From Burkholderiales bacterium (GTDB taxonomy: Bacteria > Pseudomonadota > Gammaproteobacteria > Burkholderiales > SG8-39): a stretch of 49,509 nucleotides of DNA. How positions within the stretch are numbered: position 1 is the stretch's first letter; every line of letters starts with the position of its first letter. The notes beneath the pieces were generated by a model. It had not been told where the DNA came from and ran no database searches. It saw only the letters and a program-made list of their open reading frames with translations. Made by a program: the position numbers and the translations under genes. The DNA lies in NCBI GenBank assembly GCA_049663805.1, contig JBATEB010000162.1, forward strand, positions 1-49,509, read 5' to 3'. Below are positions 24,928 to 35,160 of this stretch, piece by piece.

Positions 24928-26811
24928 GTGAACGTTCTATACGAAGAAGGCGGCGCGTTCAGGGTTGCCACGATCCTCGCCGACGGCGACGCGGCGCTGC
25001 AGGTCGAGGCGCCGCACGGCAAGCGAGCCAAGATCAAGGCGAAAGACGTAGTGCTGCGCTTCGCCGAGCCCTCGGCCGCGGAACTGCTTCCCAGGGCGGA
25101 GGCGTTCGCATCGGACATCGACGCCGATTTCCTGTGGCAATGTTGTGGAGCCCAGGAGTTCGGCTACGCCGACCTCGCCCGCGAATACAGCGGGCAGACG
25201 CCGTCCGCGGTTGAAGCCGCCGGAGTTCTCCTGAAGCTGCACTCGGCGCCGATGTATTTTTACCGCAAGGGCCGCGGCCGTTACCAGGCTGCCCCGCCCG
25301 ACATCCTGCGCGCCGCTCTCGCGGGTATCGAGCGAAAAAAGCAGCAGCAAGCCCAGATTGCCGCCTGGTCGCGCCAGCTCGAACAGGGCGATCTCCCCAA
25401 GGAATTCCTGCCCATCCTGCCGCAACTGCTCTATCGACCCGACCGGAACCGACCCGAGACCAAGGCACTGGAGGAAGCCTGTGCGAAGACCGGCAGGTCT
25501 TCGGCAAGGCTGGTGCAACATTGCGGCGCCCTTCCCTCGATCTACGGATACCACCTCGGCCGCTTTCTGCATGAGCACTTTCCGCGGGGCGTGGATTTCC
25601 CCACGGGGATCGAGGTCATGGCCAACCCGGACCTGCCGGTTGCCGAGGTATCGGCTTTCAGTCTCGATGACGCGTCAACGACCGAAATCGACGATGCCTT
25701 CTCGCTGACCCCGGTCGCGGGCGATCGGGTGCGGGTGGGAATCCATATCGCCGCCCCGGCGCTCGGCTTTGCGCCGGGCTCGCCGCTCGATGAGATCGCA
25801 CGCGAGCGACTGTCGACGGTCTATATGCCTGGCAGCAAGCTCACCATGCTGCCGCCTGCCGCGATCGAGGGTTTCTCATTGACAGAGGGCGGCAGGCGGC
25901 CCGCAGTCTCCCTTTACCTCGACGTTCGCGCCGACGACTTCGCGCTCGAGAGCGTGCATACCCGCGTCGAGCTCGTGCCCATCGTCGCCAATCTGCGCCA
26001 CGACGCGGTCGAGAAACTCGACGCCGCCTTCCTGGCGGGGGATGTCTGCGAGAGCGTCGCCTTTTCCCGCGAGCTCCATACGCTCTGGAAATTCGCGCTC
26101 GCACGCGAGCGGGCTCGAGGGAAGTCTTCCCCGGGCGGTGAACGCCCCGAGTACGTGTTTCGCATTCAGGGGCTTGGCGAAAACGGCCGGGTTGATATCG
26201 CCGAGCGCCGCCGCGGCACACCCCTCGACAAGCTCGTTTCCGAGCTCATGATTACCGTCAACAGCACCTGGGGAAGGCTGCTGGACGAGCACGAGGTCGC
26301 CGCCATCTACCGGGTTCAGGCCGGCGGCAAGGTCAGGATGAGTACGGCGGCATCCGTTCACCAGGGACTGGGCATCAGTCACTACGCCTGGGCGAGCTCG
26401 CCCCTGCGCCGCTACGTGGATCTGGTGAATCAATGGCAGCTCCTGGCGCTCCTCGCCGGAAGCGCGCCGCCCTTTTCCCGGAACGCCGATCTCATGCTCT
26501 CCGCAGTGCACGATTTCGAGGCCACCTATGCCGCCTACGACGAATTCCAGCGGCATATGGAGCGCTACTGGTGCCTGAGGTGGCTGTTGCAGGAATCGGT
26601 CGAGGTTGCGGCGGCGGAGGTGGTGCGCGAAAATCTGGTCAAATTCGATGGTCTGCCGCTCTACGCGAGGGTGCCGTCGATGCCCGATCTCGCCCCCGGG
26701 GTCGCGGTCGAAATTGCCGTAACCGGGATCGACCTCCTTGAAGCCGAGCTGAAGTGCGTCTTTCGCCGCCTCCGGGAGGTCCTGCCAACGCCGGCAACCC
26801 TCACATCATGA
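24928..26811 (+). CDS. RNB-domain exoribonuclease (RNase II/R family)
   Basis: 627 aa from GTG 24928. Contains RNB motif I, SLDDASTTEIDDAFSL, and HQGLGISHYAWASSPLRRYVDLVNQ. The 971-aa track ORF extends antisense through the enolase gene. Confidence 0.88.
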   Translation: MNVLYEEGGAFRVATILADGDAALQVEAPHGKRAKIKAKDVVLRFAEPSAAELLPRAEAFASDIDADFLWQCCGAQEFGYADLAREYSGQTPSAVEAAGVLLKLHSAPMYFYRKGRGRYQAAPPDILRAALAGIERKKQQQAQIAAWSRQLEQGDLPKEFLPILPQLLYRPDRNRPETKALEEACAKTGRSSARLVQHCGALPSIYGYHLGRFLHEHFPRGVDFPTGIEVMANPDLPVAEVSAFSLDDASTTEIDDAFSLTPVAGDRVRVGIHIAAPALGFAPGSPLDEIARERLSTVYMPGSKLTMLPPAAIEGFSLTEGGRRPAVSLYLDVRADDFALESVHTRVELVPIVANLRHDAVEKLDAAFLAGDVCESVAFSRELHTLWKFALARERARGKSSPGGERPEYVFRIQGLGENGRVDIAERRRGTPLDKLVSELMITVNSTWGRLLDEHEVAAIYRVQAGGKVRMSTAASVHQGLGISHYAWASSPLRRYVDLVNQWQLLALLAGSAPPFSRNADLMLSAVHDFEATYAAYDEFQRHMERYWCLRWLLQESVEVAAAEVVRENLVKFDGLPLYARVPSMPDLAPGVAVEIAVTGIDLLEAELKCVFRRLREVLPTPATLTS

Positions 26812-26838
26812 GACAAAACTCGAAAAGAAGCTTAGAAT
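26810..26838 (+). promoter_or_regulatory. candidate sigma-70 promoter for the TonB-like gene
   Basis: GAGACA (26810-26815), a 17-nt spacer, then TAGAAT (26833-26838). It sits in a locally AT-rich 60-nt island between the rnb stop and the TonB-like start. Confidence 0.4.
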
Positions 26839-26872
26839 TTCATGATTCAGAAAGCTTTTAGGGGAATAGCCC

Positions 26873-27775
26873 TTGAGTCTTTCCCAGTCGGGATCGAACG
26901 CGCTCATGGGGTCCTGGCCGCAGCCGTTGGCCGGGATGGATCCCGATTCGCGTGCACTGGCGGTGGCGCTTTCGATCTCCGTGGTGCTGCACGCGATCGT
27001 GTTGTCGATCCACTTCAAGCTGCCCGACAAACTCCGGCGCCTGGCTCCTTCGCAGATCGAAGTCGTCCTGGTGAACTCGAAGACCCGCAACCGGCCCACC
27101 CGGCCCGAAGTGCATGCGCAGGCGAACCTCGACGGCGGGGGTGACACCGAGCTCGAACGACGGGCGAAATCACCGCTCCCGGCACTTCAGCGCTTCGAGC
27201 GCGGCACCGACCTCAGGCAGACGGCGCGCCGGGTAAGGGAACTCGAGGCCCAGCAGCGGCAACTGCTCTCGCAGGCGCGATCCCCGCAGAAGGTCGCCTC
27301 GTCGGAGCCCAGACTCGAGGCGCGGTCGCAGATTTCGGGAACGGAACTGGCCGAGAGCGCCTTGATCATCGCCCGCATGGAAGCGCAGATCGCGCGGCAG
27401 ATCGAGGAATACAACAAGCGTCCGCGCAAGACCTTCGTGGGGGCGAGGGCCGCCGAGGTCCGCTATGCCCTCTACGTCGAGGACTGGCGTCAAAAAATCG
27501 AGCGCATCGGAAACCTCAACTATCCCGAGGGCGCGCGCGGCAAGATCTATGGGAAACTGCGCCTGTCCGTTTCGATCAATTCCGACGGCACGGTGGCGGG
27601 ACTGGATCTGGAAAGTTCCTCCGGCCACAAGATCCTCGATGCCGCCGCCCAGAGAATCGTTCGACTGGGAGCCCCCTACGCCAAGTTTCCGCCCGACATC
27701 CGCAAGGAAACCGACATACTGGTCATCACCCGCACCTGGCATTTCGCGCGCGGTGACAAGGTCTTCAGCGACTGA
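26873..27775 (+). CDS. TonB-family protein (C-terminal TonB domain)
   Basis: One TM helix (ALAVALSISVVLHAIVLSIHF), a charged linker, and the C-terminal NYPEGARGKIYGKLRLSVSINSDGTVAGLDLESSSGHKILDAAAQRIVRLGAPYAKFP. The start is uncertain: TTG 26873, or ATG near 26903 or 26933. Confidence 0.8.
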   Translation: MSLSQSGSNALMGSWPQPLAGMDPDSRALAVALSISVVLHAIVLSIHFKLPDKLRRLAPSQIEVVLVNSKTRNRPTRPEVHAQANLDGGGDTELERRAKSPLPALQRFERGTDLRQTARRVRELEAQQRQLLSQARSPQKVASSEPRLEARSQISGTELAESALIIARMEAQIARQIEEYNKRPRKTFVGARAAEVRYALYVEDWRQKIERIGNLNYPEGARGKIYGKLRLSVSINSDGTVAGLDLESSSGHKILDAAAQRIVRLGAPYAKFPPDIRKETDILVITRTWHFARGDKVFSD

Positions 27776-27817
27776 GGAAGGGAAATCCGTGGTTCCCTTT
27801 CCAACGCGCCGGGCGGC

Positions 27818-28636
27818 ATGACCGACCGCTACGCCGTGATCGGCAATCCGGTGGCGCACAGCAAGTCCCCGCAGATTCACGCCGCTTTCGCGCAGGCACT
27901 GGGCGAGGACATCGAGTACGGCAGGCTGCTGGCAACGTCCGCCGGTTTCCGTCCCTCGGTCGAGCGCTTCAGGGAGGAAGGCGGCAGGGGCTTGAACGTC
28001 ACCGTGCCCTGCAAGGAGGAAGCATTCCGGTATGCCGATGCTCTTTCGGATCGGGCACGCGTCGCCGAGGCCGTCAACACCTTGCGATTCGACGCCGGAC
28101 GAGTCTTCGGCGACAACACCGACGGTATCGGCCTCGTCCGCGACATCACGCGCAACCTGGGCGTCAGCCTCGCGGGAAAGCGAGTGCTTCTTCTCGGCGC
28201 CGGAGGCGCCGCGCGCGGCGTCCTCGCTCCGCTTCTCGCCGAAGGTCCGGCAAGTCTCGCGATCGCCAACAGAGATCCGGCAAAGGCCGAAGCGCTGGCG
28301 ATGCGATTTGGCGCGGGTTCGCGAGCAATCGCCTACGCCGCGCTGGAGGGCCGCAGCTTCGATGTCGTCATCAACGCGACCTCCGCCAGTCTCGCAGACC
28401 TGTTGCCGCCCGTTCCCCGGGGGATCTTCGCGCAACGCGGGCTCGCCTACGACATGCTGTATGGGAAGGTCGACACGCCTTTCCTCGCCCGGGCGCGCTC
28501 GGAGGGCGTCGGTTGCGCAGCCGATGGATCGGGAATGCTGGTAGAACAGGCCGCCGAATCCTATTTCGTCTGGCGCGGGATTCGGCCTCCGACCGAAGCG
28601 GGCTTCGCCGCGCTGCGCCGGCCGCAGGAGCGCTAG
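27818..28636 (+). CDS. aroE: shikimate dehydrogenase
   Basis: 272 aa. YAVIGNPVAHSKSPQIHAAFA, NVTVPCKEEA, NTDGIGLVRD and [11 protein letters not shown]. Confidence 0.95.
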   Translation: MTDRYAVIGNPVAHSKSPQIHAAFAQALGEDIEYGRLLATSAGFRPSVERFREEGGRGLNVTVPCKEEAFRYADALSDRARVAEAVNTLRFDAGRVFGDNTDGIGLVRDITRNLGVSLAGKRVLLLGAGGAARGVLAPLLAEGPASLAIANRDPAKAEALAMRFGAGSRAIAYAALEGRSFDVVINATSASLADLLPPVPRGIFAQRGLAYDMLYGKVDTPFLARARSEGVGCAADGSGMLVEQAAESYFVWRGIRPPTEAGFAALRRPQER

Positions 28637-28645
28637 AAACTTCCC

Positions 28646-29350
28646 ATGCGGGTGCTCGTGTCCCTGTGGAAGTTTTTCTGTTATGCGGCGGGCACGGCAG
28701 CCATCGGACTCGCCATCTACGAGTTCTGGTACCTGGCGCAGATCCTGTATTGGGTCGATCACAATCCCGAGACGACCCGGTTCATGGAGCTGCGACTGGA
28801 TGCGTTGCGGCACAAGAATCCGAAGGCGGTGCTCGACAGAAAGTGGACGAGCTATGCCCGCATCTCGATACACCTGAAGCAGGCGATCATCGTCGCCGAA
28901 GACGCCAAGTTCGTCGACCACGAGGGCTTCGACTGGGAGGGCATCCAGCGTGCAATGGACAAGAATCAGCGACGCGGAAAGATCGTGGCAGGAGGCTCGA
29001 CCATCACGCAACAACTGGCGAAGAATCTGTTCCTTTCGGGAAAGCGCAGCATGTTGCGCAAGGCCCAGGAGGCGATGCTGACGGCGATGCTCGAAGCGGC
29101 AATGGACAAGCGGCGCATCTTCGAGATCTATCTCAACGTCGCAGAGTGGGGCGAGGGCGTGTTCGGCGCGGAGGCGGCGGCGCGACACTATTTCGGAGTA
29201 AACGCCTCCGGACTCACGCCCGGCCAGGCGGCGCGCCTGGCGGCGATGCTGCCGCGCCCGAGCTACTACGACCGTAACCGCGATTCAGCCTATCTTGCGA
29301 GGTACAGCGAAAGCATACTGGAGCACATGTCCTTCGCGCAGATCCCCTGA
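28646..29350 (+). CDS. mtgA: monofunctional biosynthetic peptidoglycan transglycosylase
   Basis: 234 aa with an N-terminal TM helix. Motifs are EDAKFVDHEGFDWEGI, GGSTITQQLAKNLFLS and RKAQEAMLTAMLE. Confidence 0.95.
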   Translation: MRVLVSLWKFFCYAAGTAAIGLAIYEFWYLAQILYWVDHNPETTRFMELRLDALRHKNPKAVLDRKWTSYARISIHLKQAIIVAEDAKFVDHEGFDWEGIQRAMDKNQRRGKIVAGGSTITQQLAKNLFLSGKRSMLRKAQEAMLTAMLEAAMDKRRIFEIYLNVAEWGEGVFGAEAAARHYFGVNASGLTPGQAARLAAMLPRPSYYDRNRDSAYLARYSESILEHMSFAQIP

Positions 29351-29384
29351 GGGCGGCTCCCCTTTCCCCTCGCCGCAGCGCAGA

Positions 29385-30746
29385 CTAGGGTCCGAGCGCC
29401 GCGCGCCTTCCCCGAGGGACGTCGATTCCCGCCAGCACGAAAAGGCCGATAACGAAGTACGTCCCGGTCGCCAGCATGGCCAGCCTGTGGTTGCCGGCCG
29501 TGATCCAGGTTACGCTGCCGTAGGTAATCGGACCGAGAATCGAGGACAGTTTCACCGCCAGCCCCCAGAGGCCGAAGAACTCTGCGTGCCGGTCCGCCGG
29601 GCTCAGGTACCCGACGAGGGCGCGCCCGGCCGCCTGGGAGGAGCCCAGGCACAGACCCGCGAGATTCGCGGCGACCCAGAACAGTCCCGGCCCCGTTGCC
29701 GCCCAGGCGATGAGCGTCGTCGCGATCCACAAGACAAGCGTGAGGCCGATGGCGCGTACATGGCCGATGCGATCCTGCAGGTTGCCGAAGGCAAAGGCAC
29801 CGACGGCGGCGGTCAGGTTGACCACCAGGATCAGGGTAATCGTATCCCGGGTCGAGAAGCCCAGCGCCTGAGACGCGTAGATGGCCGCGAGGGCGATCAC
29901 GGTCTGGATCCCGGCCTGGTAGAAGACGATGCAGACCAGGAACCGGGCGAGGTCCCGGTAGCGCGACGCGTGCCGCACCGTCTGGGCAAGTCGCGTCCAG
30001 GCGGCGCGGACCACTTTCTCGCCGGGAACGGCTGGCGTGGGACGACCACGCTCCTTGAGCAGCAGAAAAGTCGGAACGCTCGCCACCGCGAACGTCGCGG
30101 CGGTGATCAGCATCGTCACCGGCACGTACTGCTGCGCCTCCCCGCCCTGGCCCTGGGCCCAGGTCACGTAGGCCAGGCAAAGGCCGAGCGTCACCAGCCC
30201 TCCCAGGTAGCCCAGACTCCAGCCCCAGCCCGAGACCCGCCCCAGCGCCTCGCCGGTCGCCAGTTCCGGCAGGAACGCGGCGATGAGATTCTCCCCGGAT
30301 CCGAAGCAGAAGTTGGAAACGACGAGGAGGGCCACCGCGAGGACCAGCGTTCCCGGTCCGGTGCAGGCAAGCAGAGCGGTGGCGACCACGCAACCGGCCG
30401 TCGTGAGCACGAGCACCCGCTTCTTCGCCGCGCGCAGGTCGGCATAAGCGCCGAGGACCGGTCCCGTCAGCAGAATGCAAGCGTAGGAGACCGACAAAGC
30501 CGCCGTCCAGGCGAAGGTCGCCCAGGGCGCGTTGCCGGCGACCACCGCCACGAAGTAGGCATTGAACACCGCGGTGATCACCACCGTCGTGTAGCCTGAG
30601 TTGGCAAAGTCGTACATCGCCCAGGCGATGACTTCTCCGGTGCGCACGTCGGCGGCAAGATGTTTTGAAGTGGCCACGGATCCGGGGAGGCGAGCGCTCG
30701 AAATCGGGAGGGGAACGACCTTCCCGCTCGATTCTTCTTCTGCCAT
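29385..30746 (-). CDS. MFS transporter, UMF1/Atg22-like family
   Basis: 454 aa from ATG 30746. GEVIAWAMYDFANSGYTTVVITAVFNAYF is the typical UMF1 N-terminus, and there are about 12 hydrophobic helices. The 722-aa track ORF extends antisense through mgtE. Confidence 0.8.
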   Translation of the reverse strand: MAEEESSGKVVPLPISSARLPGSVATSKHLAADVRTGEVIAWAMYDFANSGYTTVVITAVFNAYFVAVVAGNAPWATFAWTAALSVSYACILLTGPVLGAYADLRAAKKRVLVLTTAGCVVATALLACTGPGTLVLAVALLVVSNFCFGSGENLIAAFLPELATGEALGRVSGWGWSLGYLGGLVTLGLCLAYVTWAQGQGGEAQQYVPVTMLITAATFAVASVPTFLLLKERGRPTPAVPGEKVVRAAWTRLAQTVRHASRYRDLARFLVCIVFYQAGIQTVIALAAIYASQALGFSTRDTITLILVVNLTAAVGAFAFGNLQDRIGHVRAIGLTLVLWIATTLIAWAATGPGLFWVAANLAGLCLGSSQAAGRALVGYLSPADRHAEFFGLWGLAVKLSSILGPITYGSVTWITAGNHRLAMLATGTYFVIGLFVLAGIDVPRGRRAALGP

Positions 30747-30836
30747 GATACAGCCCGGCTGGTGGAATCGCCGGCGCGCGCGTCGGCGCCGTTCCGCGGC
30801 GCCGCACGGGGAGCAATTGACGGCGAAGAGCAAGAG

Positions 30837-32282
30837 ATGATCGAATCGCTGAGCCCCAAGAAGGAACTCGAGGACCTGCAGAGCGATTTGCGCGAGGTCC
30901 AGGATCTGGTGCGCCGGAATCTCCCGGTCGAAGGGTCCGGCGGCGACCCGGAGGCGACCGAACCCGAGCCGGAGAAATCGCGCATCGGCGGGGAGGATTT
31001 CGCCGAGCTGCGCGCCAAGCTCGACTCCATGCATCCCGCCGATATCGCCTATGTGCTGGAGTCGCTGCCGCTCGAGGAGCGGATCGTCGTGTGGAACCTC
31101 GTCAAGGCCGAGCGCGACGGCGAAATCCTGCTCGAAGCCTCCGACGCCGTGCGCGAGACGCTTATCCGCAGCATGGATGTCGAGGAACTCGTGGCCGCGG
31201 CGGAGCAGCTCGAGGCCGACGAGATCGCCGACCTCGCCCCGGACCTGCCCGAAGAGGTCATGCAGGACGTTTTCCAGGCCCTGCCGGTCGAGGAACGCGA
31301 GCAGCTGCGGGCGGCGATGTCGTATCCCGAGGACGCCGTGGGCTCGCTCATGGATTTCGATGTCGTCAGCGTGCGGGAGGACACTCGGATCGACACGATT
31401 ACACGGTACCTGAGACGCTTCGATGAGCTGCCGCACCACACCGACCAGATCTTCGTGGTCGACCGCGATGAGCGGTTGAAGGGCTGCCTGCCGCTTTCCC
31501 GGCTGATCGTCTCGGAACTCGAGCACGCCGTCGCGGGCGTCATGACGGACCACGTCGTGACGCTGCAGCCGGACGACAAGGCGCAGGACGCGGCGCAGGC
31601 ATTCGAGCGCTACGATCTCGTCTCGGCGCCGGTGATCGACGATCAGGGCAAACTGGTCGGTCGCGTGACCGTCGACAAGGTTCTCGACTTCATTCGCAGC
31701 AAGAGCGAGAGCGAACTGCTCACTCAGGCCGGCCTGCGCGAGGAGGAAAACGTCTTTTCGTCGGTCTGGGCGAGCGTGAAGAACCGCTGGTCATGGCTCG
31801 CGGTCAATCTGGTCACGGCGCTTATCGCCTCGCGCGTGATCGGCGCGTTCGAGCAGTCGATCGAGAAACTCGTGGCGCTCGCCGCGCTCATGCCGATCGT
31901 AGCCGGTATCGGCGGCAACTCGGGCAACCAGACGATTACCATGATCGTGCGCTCGATCGCGCTCGGCCAGGTGCAAAGAGAACACGCCCATGCGCTGCTG
32001 ACGAAGGAACTGGGCGTCTCGCTGCTGAACGGGCTGATCTGGGGCAGCGCGCTCGGTCTGATCACCTACTGGCTGTACGAAAAGGTGTCGCTCGCTCTGG
32101 TCATGACCGGGGCGATGACGCTGAACCTGGTGCTGTCCGCGATCGCCGGGGTGCTCATCCCCCTCACCCTGTTGCGTCTGGGGCGCGACCCGGCGCTGGG
32201 CTCCTCCGTGATGATCACGGCGCTCACCGACAGCGGCGGGTTTTTCATCTTCCTCGGCCTGGCGACCCTGTTTCTGGTGTGA
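30837..32282 (+). CDS. mgtE: magnesium transporter MgtE
   Basis: 481 aa from ATG 30837. It has the MgtE N-domain, a CBS pair (VMTDHVVTLQPDD ... VIDDQGKLVGRVTVDKVLDFI) and the TM domain with PIVAGIGGNSGNQTITMIVR. Confidence 0.93.
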   Translation: MIESLSPKKELEDLQSDLREVQDLVRRNLPVEGSGGDPEATEPEPEKSRIGGEDFAELRAKLDSMHPADIAYVLESLPLEERIVVWNLVKAERDGEILLEASDAVRETLIRSMDVEELVAAAEQLEADEIADLAPDLPEEVMQDVFQALPVEEREQLRAAMSYPEDAVGSLMDFDVVSVREDTRIDTITRYLRRFDELPHHTDQIFVVDRDERLKGCLPLSRLIVSELEHAVAGVMTDHVVTLQPDDKAQDAAQAFERYDLVSAPVIDDQGKLVGRVTVDKVLDFIRSKSESELLTQAGLREEENVFSSVWASVKNRWSWLAVNLVTALIASRVIGAFEQSIEKLVALAALMPIVAGIGGNSGNQTITMIVRSIALGQVQREHAHALLTKELGVSLLNGLIWGSALGLITYWLYEKVSLALVMTGAMTLNLVLSAIAGVLIPLTLLRLGRDPALGSSVMITALTDSGGFFIFLGLATLFLV

Positions 32283-32287
32283 ACCGG

Positions 32288-32307
32288 CGCGGGCAAAGGC
32301 GCCCGCG
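32288..32307. terminator. GC-rich hairpin between convergent mgtE and hemL (possible bidirectional terminator)
   Basis: CGCGGGC-aaaggc-GCCCGCG forms a 7-bp stem, followed by TTC on the plus strand. There is no long U-run on either strand. Confidence 0.4.
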
Positions 32308-32320
32308 TTCGAAGAGTGCC

Positions 32321-33601
32321 TCAAAGCGATCGAAAAGCGGCCCCCGCCGCCGCGACCGTGGCGGCAATGTCGGCTTCGGTGTGGGCCGCGGACACGAAAC
32401 CGGCCTCGTAGGCCGACGGCGCAAGGTAGATCCCCCGCCCCAGCATGGCGTGAAAAAATCGCCGGAACGCCTCCTTGTCGCACTGCATGACCTCGGCGTA
32501 AGTGGTCGGGGGCTCGGCGCGAAAATACAGGCCGAACATGCCCCCGACCGACTGCGCCGAAAAGGCGACGCCTGCTTTGCGCGCGGCCGATGCGATCCCT
32601 TCGCACAGCGAACGCGTGCTCGCGCCCAGGCGTTCATGAAATCCCGGCGCGAGGACCTTCTTCAGGGTTGCCAGGCCGGCGGCGACCGCGAGAGGATTGC
32701 CCGAAAGGGTCCCCGCCTGGTACACGGGGCCGAGCGGCGCGATTCTCTCCATGATGTCGCGGCGGCCGCCGAAGGCGCCCACGGGCATCCCGCCGCCGAT
32801 CACCTTTCCCAGCGTAACCAGGTCGGCGCGCACGCCGTAGAGTCCCTGCGCGCCCTGGGGCCCGACGCGAAAGCCGGTCATCACCTCGTCGAAAACGAGC
32901 ACCGCGCCGTGCCGGGTGCACAGCGCCCGAATCCGCTCGAGAAAGCCCGGCTGCGGCGCCACCAGGTTCATGTTCCCGGCGACCGGTTCGACGATAACGC
33001 AGGCGATCGAATCGCCGAGCCCGCCGAAGGCGACCTCGAGCCGCTCGATGTTGTTGTATTCGAGAACCAGCGTCTGGGCCGCCGTTTCGGGTGTTACCCC
33101 CGCCGAACTCGGGTTGCCGAGGGTGAGGGCTCCGGAGCCCGCTTTTACCAGCAGGCTATCCGCGTGGCCGTGATAGCAGCCCTCGAACTTGACGACGCGC
33201 GTTCGCCCGGTGGCGCCGCGAGCAAGCCGCAGCGCGGACATCGTCGCCTCCGTACCCGAGCTCACCAGCCTGACCAGATCCAGTCCTGGAGTCGATCGCA
33301 CCAGCAGATCGGCCATCTCGGTTTCGAGTTCGGTGGGCGCGCCGAAGGAAAGGCCGCGGCCGGATGCGTCCCGAACCGCGGCGAGGACATCCGGGTCGGC
33401 GTGGCCGAGAATCAGCGGACCCCACGAACAGACGTAGTCGATGAATTCGCAACCGTCGGCGTCCCAGATTCGGCTGCCCTTCCCGCGCACGATGAATCGC
33501 GGTGTTCCGCCGACGGCCTGAAAGGCCCGTACCGGTGAATTCACGCCACCCGGGATGGTTTTCCGCGCAAGGGCGAACAAACTGTCGTTCTTCGAGGTCA
33601 T
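32321..33601 (-). CDS. hemL: glutamate-1-semialdehyde 2,1-aminomutase
   Basis: 427 aa from ATG 33601. [35 protein letters not shown] and [12 protein letters not shown]. Confidence 0.96.
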   Translation of the reverse strand: MTSKNDSLFALARKTIPGGVNSPVRAFQAVGGTPRFIVRGKGSRIWDADGCEFIDYVCSWGPLILGHADPDVLAAVRDASGRGLSFGAPTELETEMADLLVRSTPGLDLVRLVSSGTEATMSALRLARGATGRTRVVKFEGCYHGHADSLLVKAGSGALTLGNPSSAGVTPETAAQTLVLEYNNIERLEVAFGGLGDSIACVIVEPVAGNMNLVAPQPGFLERIRALCTRHGAVLVFDEVMTGFRVGPQGAQGLYGVRADLVTLGKVIGGGMPVGAFGGRRDIMERIAPLGPVYQAGTLSGNPLAVAAGLATLKKVLAPGFHERLGASTRSLCEGIASAARKAGVAFSAQSVGGMFGLYFRAEPPTTYAEVMQCDKEAFRRFFHAMLGRGIYLAPSAYEAGFVSAAHTEADIAATVAAAGAAFRSL

Positions 33602-33647
33602 GGTTGCGTTCTGCGGCGCGCAAAACGCCAATGTAACTCAGCGGCCG

Positions 33648-34346
33648 TCAGGGCGCGGCGATTCTGCCTCGCGTCTCGGGATCTCGGCGCGGGAACAGCT
33701 TCGCGAAATCCCTCGCGCGGCGTTCGATGTCCGGTGCGTCGAACAAGGCGCTGATCACCGCAATGGCGTGAACGCCGGCTTCGACCAGGGCCGCGCCGTT
33801 CTCCGGGGTGATACCTCCGATCGCCACGATGGGGCAGTCCAGGCGCTCGCGGGCCCCGCGATAGAGGGACAGCGGCGCCGGCGAGGCGCCCGGCTTGGTC
33901 GCGGAGGGGAAGGCGCTGCCGAAGGCGACGTAGCTCGCGCCGGCGCTGCGCGCGGCGCGGGCAAGATCGAGACTGGCATAGCACGAAGCGCCGATGAGCG
34001 CGCCTTCGGGAAGCTTCGCGCGCGCGCCTGCGAGGTCGGCGTCGCCGCGGCCAAGATGGACGCCGTCGGCCCCTATCGCAAGCATCAGATCGACGTCGTC
34101 GTTGACCACCAGCGGAACCCCCGCTTCGCGGCACAGCGCGAGCAGCGCCGCGCCCTGGGCACGGCGCAGACGGGCATCGGCGGCCTTGTTCCGGTACTGC
34201 AGCAGGCGCGCTCCGCCCGCGAGCGCGCTGCGGACCTTGCAACGGAGTACTTCGCTATCGGGTTCGTCGGGCGTGACCGCATACAGGCCCTCGATCGCCA
34301 GGGGGGACACGCGCCGCGGCTCAGGTCCTGCCGGCTCCGGGCTCAT
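33648..34346 (-). CDS. thiE: thiamine-phosphate synthase
   Basis: 233 aa from ATG 34346, overlapping the thiD 3' end by 26 nt. LYAVTPDE ... LLQYRNK ... LVVNDDVDLMLAIGADGVHLG ... IVAIGGIT. Confidence 0.92.
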   Translation of the reverse strand: MSPEPAGPEPRRVSPLAIEGLYAVTPDEPDSEVLRCKVRSALAGGARLLQYRNKAADARLRRAQGAALLALCREAGVPLVVNDDVDLMLAIGADGVHLGRGDADLAGARAKLPEGALIGASCYASLDLARAARSAGASYVAFGSAFPSATKPGASPAPLSLYRGARERLDCPIVAIGGITPENGAALVEAGVHAIAVISALFDAPDIERRARDFAKLFPRRDPETRGRIAAP

Positions 34347-35160
34347 CCATCTCGCGCGCCCAGAAAAACCTGTCCGGTATGTGCTGCCCCATGCCTGGAC
34401 GAAAGCCGGCATTGAGCGTCTGCCAGGTGTATTCCTGGGCTTCCCGCACCGCTTCGGGCAGCTCGAGGCCGTTGGCAAGGGTCGCCGCGATCGCGGAGGC
34501 CAGCGTGCAGCCCGAGCCGTGATAGCTTCCCGGAAGGCGCTCCCAGGTGTCCGAGCGGACGATCCCCTCCGGCCCGAAAAGCGTATTGATGACCTGCGGC
34601 GTGTTCTCATGGGTACCGGTGATGAGCACGTATTCGCAACCCATGCCGAGAATCTTGTCCGCGGCGCCGGCCAGCGGCAACTCTTCGTCGTCTTCGCTCT
34701 CGCCCTGCGCGAGACGGCGCGCCTCGCGGCTGTTCGGCGTGAGGATCGTCGTCTGGGGCAGCAGCAGTTCGCGCATTGCGGCAATCATGTCCTCGGTCGC
34801 AAGCTCGTCGCCGCGCCCGGAGGCGAGCACGGGGTCGAAGATCAGCGGTACGTCCGGGTAGTCCGACACCACCTCTGCAATGGCGGCGATGTTCTCGATG
34901 CTCCCCACCATCCCGACCTTGAAGGCGGCGACCGGCATGTCCTCCAGGACCAGTCGCGCCTGGTCGACCACCCAGTCGGAGTCGATCGCCTGGAGGTTTT
35001 CGACCCCGGCGGTGTCCTGAACAGTGATCGCGGTGACCACCGAAAGCGCGTGACAGCCCATTGAGGAAAGGGTCAGCAGGTCCGCCTGCAAGCCGGCTCC
35101 GCCGGTCGGATCGGTGGCGGAGAAAGCGAGCACGATCGGGGGCAGGGCGGGTGCGGACAT
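34321..35160 (-). CDS. thiD: hydroxymethylpyrimidine/phosphomethylpyrimidine kinase
   Basis: 279 aa. VLAFSATDPTGGAGLQADLLT, AAFKVGMVGS and the C-terminal GSGCTLASAIAATLA. Confidence 0.95.
   Translation of the reverse strand: MSAPALPPIVLAFSATDPTGGAGLQADLLTLSSMGCHALSVVTAITVQDTAGVENLQAIDSDWVVDQARLVLEDMPVAAFKVGMVGSIENIAAIAEVVSDYPDVPLIFDPVLASGRGDELATEDMIAAMRELLLPQTTILTPNSREARRLAQGESEDDEELPLAGAADKILGMGCEYVLITGTHENTPQVINTLFGPEGIVRSDTWERLPGSYHGSGCTLASAIAATLANGLELPEAVREAQEYTWQTLNAGFRPGMGQHIPDRFFWAREMDEPGAGRT

Noticed and set aside
26834-26851. Fur box in the AT-rich island upstream of the TonB-like gene
   Set aside because: AGAATTTCATGATTCAGA matches the 19-bp Fur consensus GATAATGATAATCATTATC poorly by eye. 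It is reported only as an unassigned operator-like element.
27170-29188. 672-aa minus-strand ORF spanning the TonB-like gene, aroE and mtgA
   Set aside because: It is antisense to three genes with unambiguous motifs, and its sequence is low-complexity and Arg-rich.
30747-30836. Possible Mg2+ (M-box) riboswitch upstream of mgtE
   Set aside because: The divergent intergenic region is only 90 nt, which is too short for an M-box. No matching conserved helices were seen.
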